From an uncultured Candidatus Binatia bacterium (GTDB lineage Bacteria > Desulfobacterota > Binatia > Bin18), in assembly GCA_965214605.1 (NCBI GenBank), contig OZ243961.1:64001-128000 (forward strand): 64,000 bases of DNA. Direction: 5' to 3'. The notes under the pieces are model-generated. The model made no database searches. It was not told where the DNA came from and saw only the letters and a list, made by a program, of their open reading frames with translations. The translations under genes and the position numbers were made by a program. Shown here piece by piece: positions 1 to 9,466 of the stretch. Every line of letters begins with the position of its first letter. The first letter of the stretch is position 1.

Positions 1-626
1 ACTCGGGGGGCCGGCCTGTCGGCGTCTTTGGCCGCGCTGGTGATACGCGGAACAACGTGTTCACGCAGCGCTTTATGACCGGCCATCCAGGTCACAGTGC
101 CCTCCGACTCGCGTCCAGCAAAGGCGAGCATCTTGGGACCCAGGGCAGCTAACACGACCGGCACTGGGCTGGCCCCCTGGACGCTGAGATTCACATTGGC
201 CCGGTACTCATGGCCCTCATGTTTGACGGATTGACGTTGCAAGATCGGCTTCATGACCGCCATGTACTCGCGCATATGGCTGAGGTGACGGGTGTAGGAT
301 ATCCCGTACATGTCTTCAATAACGAATCTATGAGAGAGGCCGATACCTAGGGTAAAGCGCCCTTTGCTAGCCGCCTGGGTCGTCAGCGCTTGTTGAGCCA
401 TGGCCACCGGATGGCGCGGGTAGGTCGGTACCACGGCCGTCCCTAATTCTATCCGATTTGTCTCGCGTCCAACGATTCCTAGTAGGCCTATCGCGTCGTG
501 CGAAAAAGCGTGGGCCAGCCAGGCCGAGTGGAGCCCTGCGGCCTCTGCCCGCTGCGCCCGTTGGATCACGTCGTCCATACGCGGGCTCTCCCCCGCCCCT
601 TCGCCAATCATCATACCGATACGCAT
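1..626 (-). CDS. LLM class F420-dependent oxidoreductase (TIGR03564-like); 3' end runs off the window
   Basis: Not in the ORF track. Manual translation from ATG 626 (RBS GGAGG): MRIGMMIGEG...IELGTAVVPTYPRHPVAMAQQALT...GRFTLGIGLSH...VVLAALGPKML. Confidence 0.85.
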   Translation of the reverse strand, partial: MRIGMMIGEGAGESPRMDDVIQRAQRAEAAGLHSAWLAHAFSHDAIGLLGIVGRETNRIELGTAVVPTYPRHPVAMAQQALTTQAASKGRFTLGIGLSHRFVIEDMYGISYTRHLSHMREYMAVMKPILQRQSVKHEGHEYRANVNLSVQGASPVPVVLAALGPKMLAFAGRESEGTVTWMAGHKALREHVVPRITSAAKDADRPAPR

Positions 627-748
627 GTCTGTGTTCCTCCTTGTCTTTGCGGCGTTTTCGGCCATGTTGGTGTATACCAACATTGATGCTACAAAGCATC
701 CTCAGCGCCAGGTCACGTTGAAATACAGAAACAGATAGGTAGCGTATC

Positions 749-1486
749 ATGAACGAGATTGATTTTAGCGGCAAGACGGTTCTGGTCATCGGCGGTTCAA
801 GCGGGATCGGCAATGGCATTGCCCGGCAATTCAGAGACCATGGGGCTGAGGTGTACGTGTGTGGCACTAAAGCGTCTGCCGACGACTACAGCAACGAAGA
901 CGGCTCAGAGCTGAGCGGCTTACACTATTTTCAACTCGACGTGTCACAAGACGACAATGTGCAGAGTTTCCAGCCTCCTTTTGACAAGCTCGACGTGCTC
1001 ATCGCCTCACAAGGGACGGTGATGTACAAACGGGCCGAGTTTGAGATGTCAAACTTCCGCAAAGTCCTTGACGTGAACCTGATGAGCGTCATGAACTGCT
1101 GTATGAAGTTCTACCCCATGTTGAAGGAGACCAAGGGGAGTGTGGTCATTCTGGGCTCGGGAGCGAGCTTTTTTGCCGTCTTTGGGAATCCCGCCTACAG
1201 CGCTAGCAAGGGTGCATTGCGGACCTTGACGATGACGCTCGGTGAAGCCTGGGCATGCGACGGTATTCGGGTAAACGGTATTGCACCAGGCCTGATTGCC
1301 ACCAAGATTACCAAAGTGACCTGGAATCATCCGCGTCGCTACGCGGACTCCTTAAGCGAAATCCCCCTCCACCGCTGGGGCACTCCGGAAGAGATGGGTG
1401 GAATCGCCCTGTTTTTAGCCTCGCCGCTGGCCTCGTATATGACCGGTCAGATGTTGCTGGTAGATGGTGGGATGGGCTTGTCCTGA
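749..1486 (+). CDS. SDR family oxidoreductase
   Basis: GGSSGIG Rossmann motif, YSASK catalytic motif, IRVNGIAPG. Confidence 0.95.
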   Translation: MNEIDFSGKTVLVIGGSSGIGNGIARQFRDHGAEVYVCGTKASADDYSNEDGSELSGLHYFQLDVSQDDNVQSFQPPFDKLDVLIASQGTVMYKRAEFEMSNFRKVLDVNLMSVMNCCMKFYPMLKETKGSVVILGSGASFFAVFGNPAYSASKGALRTLTMTLGEAWACDGIRVNGIAPGLIATKITKVTWNHPRRYADSLSEIPLHRWGTPEEMGGIALFLASPLASYMTGQMLLVDGGMGLS

Positions 1487-1522
1487 TACTCTGGAAGGAC
1501 GACTAGTCGCCCTTCCAGCCTA

Positions 1523-2014
1523 CTACGCGGCTTCTTTACGCTGTACTTTTCTTGGACGCTTGGCGCTTTGCTTGGACGCCTCAAACTCCTCCTGAGCGCG
1601 TTTGAGTTCTTCCCAGCTAATATAGCCCTCGAATTTGTCTTCGCCAAAGAACAGCACTGGGCCGTTACAGATAAACAGGTACTCGGTGTCTTCAAGGGCG
1701 GTGGTCGCCCCGTGGATCATACCGTTGGGCTCATACACGTAATCGCCGGCGTTCAGGACGCCGTCACGGACCTGGAGCTTGCCCTTGAGAATGAAGGTGT
1801 GGGAGGCGCTCAGATGCTTGTGCGGGGGCGCCGCATAACCCTTGAGCCAACGGAACAGCACCGCCCAGCTACCCGACTCTGAACCGGTCCACAACACCTT
1901 CATAAAGGCACGTTCTGGATCTGTCGCATTGGGAATCCAGTCCATGTCCGAGGTCCGGGCAAGCGAGTCCATAATCTCGCTGTTAAACGGGGTAATATCT
2001 TGCGGTAGTGCCAT
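1523..2014 (-). CDS. Cupin protein (ChrR-like / 2,4'-dihydroxyacetophenone dioxygenase family)
   Basis: PHKH...YVYEPNGMIH cupin metal ligands; AAGGAGG RBS before ATG 2014. Confidence 0.75.
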   Translation of the reverse strand: MALPQDITPFNSEIMDSLARTSDMDWIPNATDPERAFMKVLWTGSESGSWAVLFRWLKGYAAPPHKHLSASHTFILKGKLQVRDGVLNAGDYVYEPNGMIHGATTALEDTEYLFICNGPVLFFGEDKFEGYISWEELKRAQEEFEASKQSAKRPRKVQRKEAA

Positions 2015-2110
2015 TATGCCCTCCTTTTTGGCGTAGTGTCTCAACACCGTGTGTGACAAACATGCCTGCCTCTGGCCGGAGATGCAAGCCGGTGTGTTTC
2101 ATAGCCGGTT

Positions 2111-3079
2111 TTAGGCGAGGCGTGGCAGCACCTTTTCGGTCAACAGCAAAAAGCTCTGGTGGCTTAGCGGTGCGCCGATAATATAATCGAGATGGATTTC
2201 CTCGTGCAGCCGCGCGAGCTCATCGACCACCCGCTCGGGCGAGCCGTGAACGATGACTCGATCCACATAGTTCTGAACCGGATCATCAACAACGCCAAAC
2301 CGTTTTGGATCAACATAGGCGTCAATCAGCCAGCGCGCCCCCTGGGTCGCGACTTCCCTTGCTTGAGCATCATTCGGGGCAATTGCCACCAGGCGGGCCA
2401 TAGGCGTGTCTCGACCGGCGATCGAATGACCGTGGTGGTGCAGCTGATCCCGATAGCTGGCCCACTTTTGACCGATCTCCACGTGGGTCGAGTGGGGATC
2501 CATGAGAATCGAGTAGCCCATGGCGGCCGACCAAGCGATGGCAGCCGGGGAGGACGCGGCGGTCCATACCGGAGGGTGGGGGTGCTGGAGCGGCTTGGGC
2601 AGAACCTCCACTTGGTCAAATGAATAATAGTGGCCGCTGTAGCTCAGCCGCTCACTCGTCCAGGCCTTAATGACAATATCGACGCTCTCGTGAAAGCGGG
2701 CCTGACTCTCGTCCAGAGGAACGTCAAACGCCTTAAACTCATTGACATCAAAGCCGCGTCCGACTCCCCAGTTGACCCGCCCGCCGGAGAGGAGGTCAAG
2801 CAGGGCAATCTCCTCGGCTAGACGCAGCGGATGGTACAATGCGGCCAGACTCACTCCGGTCCCAATGCGCAAATTCTTTGTCCGGGCCGCCGCATAACTG
2901 CCCATGACCGGAATTGACGGACACACGCTGTAATCGGTGAAGTGATGCTCGGTCAGCCACACTGCATCATAGCCGGCGTGATCCATGATCTCGATGCGTT
3001 GGAGTGTCCGTTGATAGACGGTCGGCAGGGTCACCCGCCGCCCGGGCCAACTGAAGAATTGGAGAATACCGAATTTCAC
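2111..3079 (-). CDS. LLM class flavin-dependent oxidoreductase
   Basis: WLTEHHF, HPLRLAEE, GRVNWGVGRG, PKPLQHPHPP. Confidence 0.95.
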   Translation of the reverse strand: MKFGILQFFSWPGRRVTLPTVYQRTLQRIEIMDHAGYDAVWLTEHHFTDYSVCPSIPVMGSYAAARTKNLRIGTGVSLAALYHPLRLAEEIALLDLLSGGRVNWGVGRGFDVNEFKAFDVPLDESQARFHESVDIVIKAWTSERLSYSGHYYSFDQVEVLPKPLQHPHPPVWTAASSPAAIAWSAAMGYSILMDPHSTHVEIGQKWASYRDQLHHHGHSIAGRDTPMARLVAIAPNDAQAREVATQGARWLIDAYVDPKRFGVVDDPVQNYVDRVIVHGSPERVVDELARLHEEIHLDYIIGAPLSHQSFLLLTEKVLPRLA

Positions 3080-3443
3080 GCGCTTTCCTTCTTCCGTGTG
3101 ACCGGGGTCGTCAACTGATCACGCCAGCGTCCGCCCCACCCATCCGTCCGCCCTGCGTCCGGCCCAGGCAGCACAGAGCGAGAGCTTGGAGAGTGCGCTT
3201 TTCCTGTGTCTTCGGGTTTCAGATGCGGCTACGCGTTTCATGTCAACAATTTATAACTCAATCTATGCGGGGGTAAATCCCCGAATAGAAGAGCGGGGCG
3301 GGACATGCTGCGCGGCGGCTGTTGCCAAACACACCGAGTCTGACTGGAATCCCCTCTCGACGCTACTGACTTTTCAACGTAATCTTGAGATGCCAGTGTC
3401 CGAGAATGAACATCGTGCAAACCCTTTTCTTAAGGAGGTCGTT

Positions 3444-4706
3444 ATGAAGTTTACCTGGTTCAATCTGATGCCGTGGCCGTATCTCCCAGATAATTTCCGG
3501 GAGGACTACCGCTCGGTCTGGGTGGATTTGCCCAATTCGCTCTACGACCCCCAAAAGGGTCATTTTGTCTACCATGAGTATATGGATCAGCTCGAATACG
3601 CTGACTCGCTAGGCTTTGACGGCATTGGTGTGAATGAGCACCACCAGAACGGCTATGGTCTGATGCCCTCGCCCAATATCATTGCCGCCGGTCTGGCTCG
3701 GCGGACATCGCAGGCGGCGCTGGCGGTAATCGGTAATTCCATCGCTCTCTACAACCCGCCGATTCGGGTAGCCGAAGAATTCGCCATGCTGGACGTGCTT
3801 TCGGGTGGCCGACTGCTGGCCGGGTTCCCGGTTGGTACATCGATGGACACCAACTATTGCTACGGGCAGATTCCAGCGACGACCCGCGATAAATACGCCG
3901 AGGCGCATGAACTCATTATGCGCGCTTGGGCTGAAGAAGAACCGTTTGCGTTCGATGGCAAATACAACCAGTTACGCTGGGTCAACTGCTGGCCCAAACC
4001 CCTCCAACGGCCGCACCCGCCAATCTATATTCCCGGCGGCGGCTCGGTCGAAACCTGGGACTTCTGCTTAGATAACGACTATAACTATTCCTACCTGTCG
4101 TTTACCGGCTACTTGCGCGGCAAGCAGCTGATGGACGGTTACTGGGACCGGGTGGCGGCGCGTGGCAAAGATGAGTCTCCTTACCGGGGCGCGTTTGCCC
4201 AGACCGTTTGTGTGGCTGATACTGACCAGGAAGCCGAAAAGCTCTACGCCGAGCACGTGAGCTATTTCTATAATCGCTGTTTGCACGTCTACAACGGCTT
4301 TGCCGACGCACCGGGCTATCGGACGGTTAAAACCATCAAGGCGAATGTGCTGAACGCCCTGAGTGAGGATATGCAGCAGACTTTTCCGACCCTGACCTGG
4401 AAACAGCTCCTTGACGAGGGCTACATCATTGCCGGTAGCCCGGCGACCGTGCGCGAACGTATGGAAGCTATGATCAAAGGCTTGCACGTTGGGCATGTTT
4501 TCTGCCTGATCCACATCGGCAATATGCCGGATTGGAAGACACGCTACTCAACCCAGCTGTTTGCCGAACAGGTCATGCCTCACCTGCGTGACATGTGGCC
4601 AGACTGGAAGGATGACAATCGGTGGTGGTGCCAACCCATGGATGATCGGCTGGAACCCGAAACGAATATCGAAAAAGCCCGTGCTAACGGGAGGGTTCCT
4701 CTGTGA
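3444..4706 (+). CDS. LLM class flavin-dependent oxidoreductase
   Basis: AAGGAGG RBS before ATG 3444; VNEHH, PIRVAEE, PKPLQRPHPP. Confidence 0.95.
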   Translation: MKFTWFNLMPWPYLPDNFREDYRSVWVDLPNSLYDPQKGHFVYHEYMDQLEYADSLGFDGIGVNEHHQNGYGLMPSPNIIAAGLARRTSQAALAVIGNSIALYNPPIRVAEEFAMLDVLSGGRLLAGFPVGTSMDTNYCYGQIPATTRDKYAEAHELIMRAWAEEEPFAFDGKYNQLRWVNCWPKPLQRPHPPIYIPGGGSVETWDFCLDNDYNYSYLSFTGYLRGKQLMDGYWDRVAARGKDESPYRGAFAQTVCVADTDQEAEKLYAEHVSYFYNRCLHVYNGFADAPGYRTVKTIKANVLNALSEDMQQTFPTLTWKQLLDEGYIIAGSPATVRERMEAMIKGLHVGHVFCLIHIGNMPDWKTRYSTQLFAEQVMPHLRDMWPDWKDDNRWWCQPMDDRLEPETNIEKARANGRVPL

Positions 4707-5491
4707 ACAGCCGGATGATTGAGACCCGGCCGGGGATTAAGGTCCGTGTCTTTGAGGCTGGCAGCGGTACGCCGCTGGTCTTTTTACACGGGGCCGGCGG
4801 CCTGTTTGGCCAAGAACCCTTCCTGGACCGCCTGGCCGAGCGCTATCAGGTCTTCGCCCCCGAGCTGCCGGGCTTCGGGGAGTCGAGTGGCGAAGACCTG
4901 TTGGAGGATATGCTCGACTTTACCCTGCACGGCTGGGATGTCGTGGGCGCTCTGGGACTCTCCGATGTCCATCTCATCGGTCACTCCATGGGTGGAATGA
5001 TCGCTGCTGAAATGGCGTGTGTGGCACCGAACGACCTGGCTAAACTGGTGTTGGTTGCCTCGGCCGGTCTGTGGATTGCCGAACAGCCGATTCCCGACCT
5101 GTTTTCGTTCTTGCCCCATGAGTTCGCCCAATCTCTGTTTCATGACCGCGCGGCCGGCGAGGCAATGTTGACCGGCGGGCTTGATCTCAAAGACCCCGAG
5201 GCACTCAAAGAGTTCTATATTGGGAACACCAGGCGGATGGGCACGGCTAGCAAGATGCTCTTCCCGATTCCAAACCGTCGTCTGTCCAAGCGGCTGTACC
5301 GCCTGACCGCGCCGACCCTTTTGGTCTGGGGGAAGAGTGATCGTTTGATCCCGCCGGTGTATGCCGACCGTTTTCAGGCGCATATCCCTCACGCTCGGAA
5401 AACGCTCATCGAAGCGGCCGGCCATATGCTGCCGTATGAGCAGTCGGACGCCTTTGTTGAGGCGGTGAGCGATTTTCTGGCCGAACGCTAG
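4703..5491 (+). CDS. Alpha/beta hydrolase
   Basis: HGAGG oxyanion motif, GHSMGG nucleophile elbow, GKSD, AGH; overlaps the LLM stop (GTGA). Confidence 0.93.
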   Translation: MNSRMIETRPGIKVRVFEAGSGTPLVFLHGAGGLFGQEPFLDRLAERYQVFAPELPGFGESSGEDLLEDMLDFTLHGWDVVGALGLSDVHLIGHSMGGMIAAEMACVAPNDLAKLVLVASAGLWIAEQPIPDLFSFLPHEFAQSLFHDRAAGEAMLTGGLDLKDPEALKEFYIGNTRRMGTASKMLFPIPNRRLSKRLYRLTAPTLLVWGKSDRLIPPVYADRFQAHIPHARKTLIEAAGHMLPYEQSDAFVEAVSDFLAER

Positions 5492-5557
5492 GGGCGGACA
5501 ACTGTGTGCCTTTCACCGACTCTGTTGGCGTCTTGGGCAAAAGAAGGCGGGAACCAG

Positions 5558-5588
5558 AGCGGCGACCGATAGGCTGTCGGTCGCCGCT
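5558..5588. terminator. Hairpin between convergent genes; possible terminator
   Basis: agcggcgaccgat-aggct-gtcggtcgccgct: 13-bp stem with a short T tail. Confidence 0.5.
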
Positions 5589-5992
5589 TATTGAGGTGAA
5601 CGAACCCTTGGAATCCATCGACGTCTCGCGCGAGCTCAGCCCATGAGAGCGGCCGCCGAATCACATGATGCGGGAGAGCCCGCATGCGGCCAGAGCGCAA
5701 CGCGCTGAAAACTGCATTGGCGAGAGGCGTCCACGTCCAGGGCTGCCTAGACGTCGCCCTGGGTCACAAGATCGACAGTCCTTTCCATCACAAGCTTGGC
5801 TACGCGCTCTTTCGCCGCTCAGGATGAGGGCCTCCTCTGTTCAAACGCCTCCGTAATCGTTGTCGCTCCGCCGTCATCCAAGGTCTGAGCAGCTTCCCGT
5901 ATAACCGCCCAAGGGTTCCCAATGAGGTGGGCGGATCAATTGGTGGGAGAACAGGGCGCGCCATACTGCACACGTATTCTTCTCCGAACAAT

Positions 5993-6940
5993 CTACGACA
6001 CCACCAGTACTGCTTTGCCGCCAATCTCGCGCTGGTACAAACGCTGGGCCACATCGGCAATCTCGGTCCACGGTTGTTCGACCTCGATAGGCGGCTCAAG
6101 ACGGCCGTCCTCAACTAGCCGCAACAGCTGTGACAGGCCGTGTGAGGCGGGGTGGCGCTTCACCTCGTGAAACAGAATAAAGCCGTACAACGACGCCCCC
6201 CCGATGACCATGAACTGCCGGGCCTCAAACGACACATCGGGCGCTTGTGACACGCCGTACAGCACGCACACGCCGTCTTGAGCTAGCATGGTCAGAGCGT
6301 TGGTGAGGGACTGACCGCCAACCGACTCCATGATGAGGTCATAGGGCCCGAGTTTCCGGGCGTTTGCCAGATCGGCCCCGACCACAACCTCGTGTGCCTT
6401 GGCCGCTTGGGCTTGGCGGACCCGCTCTTGGCGCCGAACCGAGGCAACAACACGAGCGCCCGCATCACGTGCCAGCTGACAGGCGAAATGTCCGACTCCG
6501 CCCGACGCACCGGTCACCAATACCGACTTGCCGAGCAGAAACCCACCTTTTTCCAGCGAGTACAGAGCGGTCAGGCCGGCCACCGGTAAGGTCGCGGCTT
6601 GGGCGAACGAAACGGAGGAGGGGAGTTCGGCTAAGGAGTGACCGGGAACGGCAACAAGCTCGGCCCAGCCGCCCGACGGCACAAACCCGACCACCCGCGC
6701 CCCAACCCGGGGACTAGATCCGTCGGCGGCCGATCGTTCGACAATGCCTGCCAGATCCCAGCCGGGCCGCGCTCCGGCGGCCGATATCGTCAAGGCACGG
6801 CGTGTTTCACCCAGGTTGAGTGAGATGGCACACACCCGAATGAGAGCCTCCGACTCTCCAGGACTGGGGGCTTCCACCTCGTGGAAAGCCAAACGGCCCG
6901 CTACCTCCGGGTCAACAACAACGGCGCGTTGGGTTTGCAT
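5993..6940 (-). CDS. MDR family NADPH:quinone oxidoreductase / zinc-binding dehydrogenase-like protein
   Basis: PGWDLAG, AATLPVAGLTA, TGASGGVG, GKAVL; no Zn-binding Cys residues. Confidence 0.9.
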   Translation of the reverse strand: MQTQRAVVVDPEVAGRLAFHEVEAPSPGESEALIRVCAISLNLGETRRALTISAAGARPGWDLAGIVERSAADGSSPRVGARVVGFVPSGGWAELVAVPGHSLAELPSSVSFAQAATLPVAGLTALYSLEKGGFLLGKSVLVTGASGGVGHFACQLARDAGARVVASVRRQERVRQAQAAKAHEVVVGADLANARKLGPYDLIMESVGGQSLTNALTMLAQDGVCVLYGVSQAPDVSFEARQFMVIGGASLYGFILFHEVKRHPASHGLSQLLRLVEDGRLEPPIEVEQPWTEIADVAQRLYQREIGGKAVLVVS

Positions 6941-6950
6941 AGTCCGCTCC

Positions 6951-7820
6951 TTAGTGTGGAGCGAGCGCTTCCAGCGCCCGCTGGTGTGGATTCATTCCGC
7001 CTTCAGAGCTGAGCGGCAGCAGGCACACATGGCTGGCCCCGGCCTGATAATACGCGTCGATGCGTTGTTGAATACGCTCCGCATCGCCCCAGGCAATCAG
7101 CGCGTCCACCAGACGGTCACTCCCGTCGTCGGCGAAGTCCGTGTCATCGAAGCCGATCGTCCGCAGGCGCCGTACGTAGTGGTCTATCATGAGGTAGGTG
7201 CGCATATAGCGGCGCGCGGCACGGCGTGCTTTGGCCGCGTCGGTTTCTAGCATCACAGCGAGTTCGGCACACAGCCATGGTTCCGGACCCAGAGCTTGGC
7301 GGGTGTGGGTGATCTGTGCGGTGGTGGTGAAATAGGTGTGCGTCCCGCGGGTCTCGGCCGCGGCCAGGGTCAACATCTTGGGCATCATCGCGGCTAGGAC
7401 GACTGGCGGCTCAGGCTGGGGAGCGGGACCGACATACGGCGCAGCTCGCATCTTTTGTAAATATTGACGGGTGAAGCTCAGCGGTTTTGCGTAGGGAATG
7501 CCGCGGCGCTGATTACCGCCTTTGTTGCTGACACCGAGTCCCAGCACAAAACGATCCGTAAACAGTTCGCCCAACGTCCGGCTGGCATTGGCCACCGCAA
7601 TCGGCTCATAGGAGTAGATCACGGCAATGCCGGTTGCCACAACAAGACGCTCGGTTTGACTGAGCAAATACGAGGCGAACGAGAAACTCTCCCGCCCGCT
7701 CGCCTCGGCAAACCACAGCGCGCTGTAACCTAGCCGTTCGACGCGGCGGGCAAATTGACCAGCCTGGTCTCCGCTTAAACCGTCCAGAAAACAGAAAACG
7801 CCGGGGCGGTGTAAGTCCAT
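6951..7820 (-). CDS. LLM class F420-dependent oxidoreductase (TIGR03620-like)
   Basis: LGYSALWFAE, VATGIA, RFVLGLGVS, GSDRLVDALIAWG, AGASHVC. Confidence 0.85.
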   Translation of the reverse strand: MDLHRPGVFCFLDGLSGDQAGQFARRVERLGYSALWFAEASGRESFSFASYLLSQTERLVVATGIAVIYSYEPIAVANASRTLGELFTDRFVLGLGVSNKGGNQRRGIPYAKPLSFTRQYLQKMRAAPYVGPAPQPEPPVVLAAMMPKMLTLAAAETRGTHTYFTTTAQITHTRQALGPEPWLCAELAVMLETDAAKARRAARRYMRTYLMIDHYVRRLRTIGFDDTDFADDGSDRLVDALIAWGDAERIQQRIDAYYQAGASHVCLLPLSSEGGMNPHQRALEALAPH

Positions 7821-7909
7821 ACGGGGCTCCTCAAGAATGTATCGGGGGAAAGAGAGGCCGAGAGACAGGGGGGAAGAGCAGCCACAGGCCGAAGGACGCG
7901 GACATCCTG

Positions 7910-7951
7910 TGGTTCATCCTGTCCGCCCGATCGAACGGTCAGGATGAACCA
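7910..7951. terminator. Intergenic hairpin
   Basis: 12-bp inverted repeat tggttcatcctg...caggatgaacca downstream of the 7973-9307 gene. Confidence 0.45.
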
Positions 7952-7972
7952 TCATTCGCCTGTCTCCGCCCG

Positions 7973-9307
7973 CTAGTTCGGCAGCATATCGAGATTTTTC
8001 AGCGGTGTGCGGTCTACGACCGGCAGGCGCTTGGTGCCCGGATTGAGCTTGACCGATCCCGGCTGCCGGGTAAACGGATCGACCAGACCGATGTCCTTGG
8101 CGTACTCTTGCAGGGCCGGCTTGACCTCTTGGGCGAGTAAACGGATGCTGGTCAGCCGGTCTTCATTGCTGACCGGTCCCTGCACGTTAAAGCAGGAGAA
8201 GGCGCCCGGACGCAGCACGCGCATCATCGTCTTGACCTTTTCGATAACCGTCTTGGGCGAGCCGATGACCATCAGGTAGTCGTCCTGAGCTCGCTTGTAG
8301 GCTTTGAGGAGTTTTTGTCGGACCTCGTCCAGGTCTTTGGTCTTGCGCTTGCCCTGTTGGGATTCTTTGAGCCGGTCGGAATCTACCCCAACCCAGCCGC
8401 CACTCGGCCGCTTGGCCAGCAGCCGGATGGCGTTCTTGGAGTTGTAGCCCGGCGGCAGGGTGTGTTCCGGGCGCGAAAAAGCGCTGGCCCCGCCGCCAAA
8501 CACAAAACCCCTGCCCAATTCTTGGGCTTTTTCATCGGTTTCTGCGCAGAATACGCCGATGAGGTAGCCGAAATTTTCCGGACCGGCTTGATAGCCGTTC
8601 TCGGCCGCGATATCGGCATAAAAGTCCAATAGATCGCAGGTCGGGCTGAGCGCGGTCACCAAGGCGAGGTAGGGATAGTTGTGTTCGGCCGCCCATCTGA
8701 CGGTTTCAGGGCTCAGCACGCCGGGAATCCACATCTGGGGATGGGGTTTTTGGTAGGGCAGAGCCCACGGATTGACGTGACGATAGTGAAAATGTTTGCC
8801 CTCATAGCGCCACGGCCCGGGTTTGGTCCAGGCCTGAATAATAAAGTCGTGGGCTTCGTTGAACATCTCCCGGTTATAGGTCGGGTTGGCATTATTAAAA
8901 AACTGCTCGCTGCCGGCACCCCGCACCCAGCCGGTGACGAGTCGGCCACGTGAGATGAGGTCGATTTCGGCCAGCTCCTCTGCCATGCGGAGCGGATGTT
9001 TGATCACCGGCAGGGGATTCCCGATCAAGACGATTTTGGCCGTGTTGGTAATCCGGGCCAGGATGGACGCCTCGACGTTCATCACGCTGCCCATGCAAAA
9101 CGGGTTGCCGTGATGCTCGTTGAGCATCAGCGAATCAAAGCCCATCTCCTCTGCATAACAGTATTCGTCGAGGAAGTAATTGTAGTCATCCGCCGCCTTA
9201 TCACGGTCAAAACGGTCATTCGGGATGGCAAAGAAACCCTCGTGTCCGAGCACTTCGTCCTCATCAACCCAGCGATACGGCCGCTCAGTAAAATACCCAA
9301 AGTTCAT
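7973..9307 (-). CDS. LLM class flavin-dependent oxidoreductase
   Basis: LNEHH, GNPLP..HPLRMAEE, PYQKPHP, PPGY. Confidence 0.95.
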   Translation of the reverse strand: MNFGYFTERPYRWVDEDEVLGHEGFFAIPNDRFDRDKAADDYNYFLDEYCYAEEMGFDSLMLNEHHGNPFCMGSVMNVEASILARITNTAKIVLIGNPLPVIKHPLRMAEELAEIDLISRGRLVTGWVRGAGSEQFFNNANPTYNREMFNEAHDFIIQAWTKPGPWRYEGKHFHYRHVNPWALPYQKPHPQMWIPGVLSPETVRWAAEHNYPYLALVTALSPTCDLLDFYADIAAENGYQAGPENFGYLIGVFCAETDEKAQELGRGFVFGGGASAFSRPEHTLPPGYNSKNAIRLLAKRPSGGWVGVDSDRLKESQQGKRKTKDLDEVRQKLLKAYKRAQDDYLMVIGSPKTVIEKVKTMMRVLRPGAFSCFNVQGPVSNEDRLTSIRLLAQEVKPALQEYAKDIGLVDPFTRQPGSVKLNPGTKRLPVVDRTPLKNLDMLPN

Positions 9308-9466
9308 AGATGCCGCTCCTTTTCGGGATATTTAAGATGTCCCTCCTGATAGCAGATTTCTCCTGAAATTGGGAGGGGCTCTCTTGACGGCCCTTGGCTG
9401 TCCGATTTAGTGAAGAGGCTGACAGCGGTACCCGATGAGACGGACGATGAATATGAGGCGTTTGTA

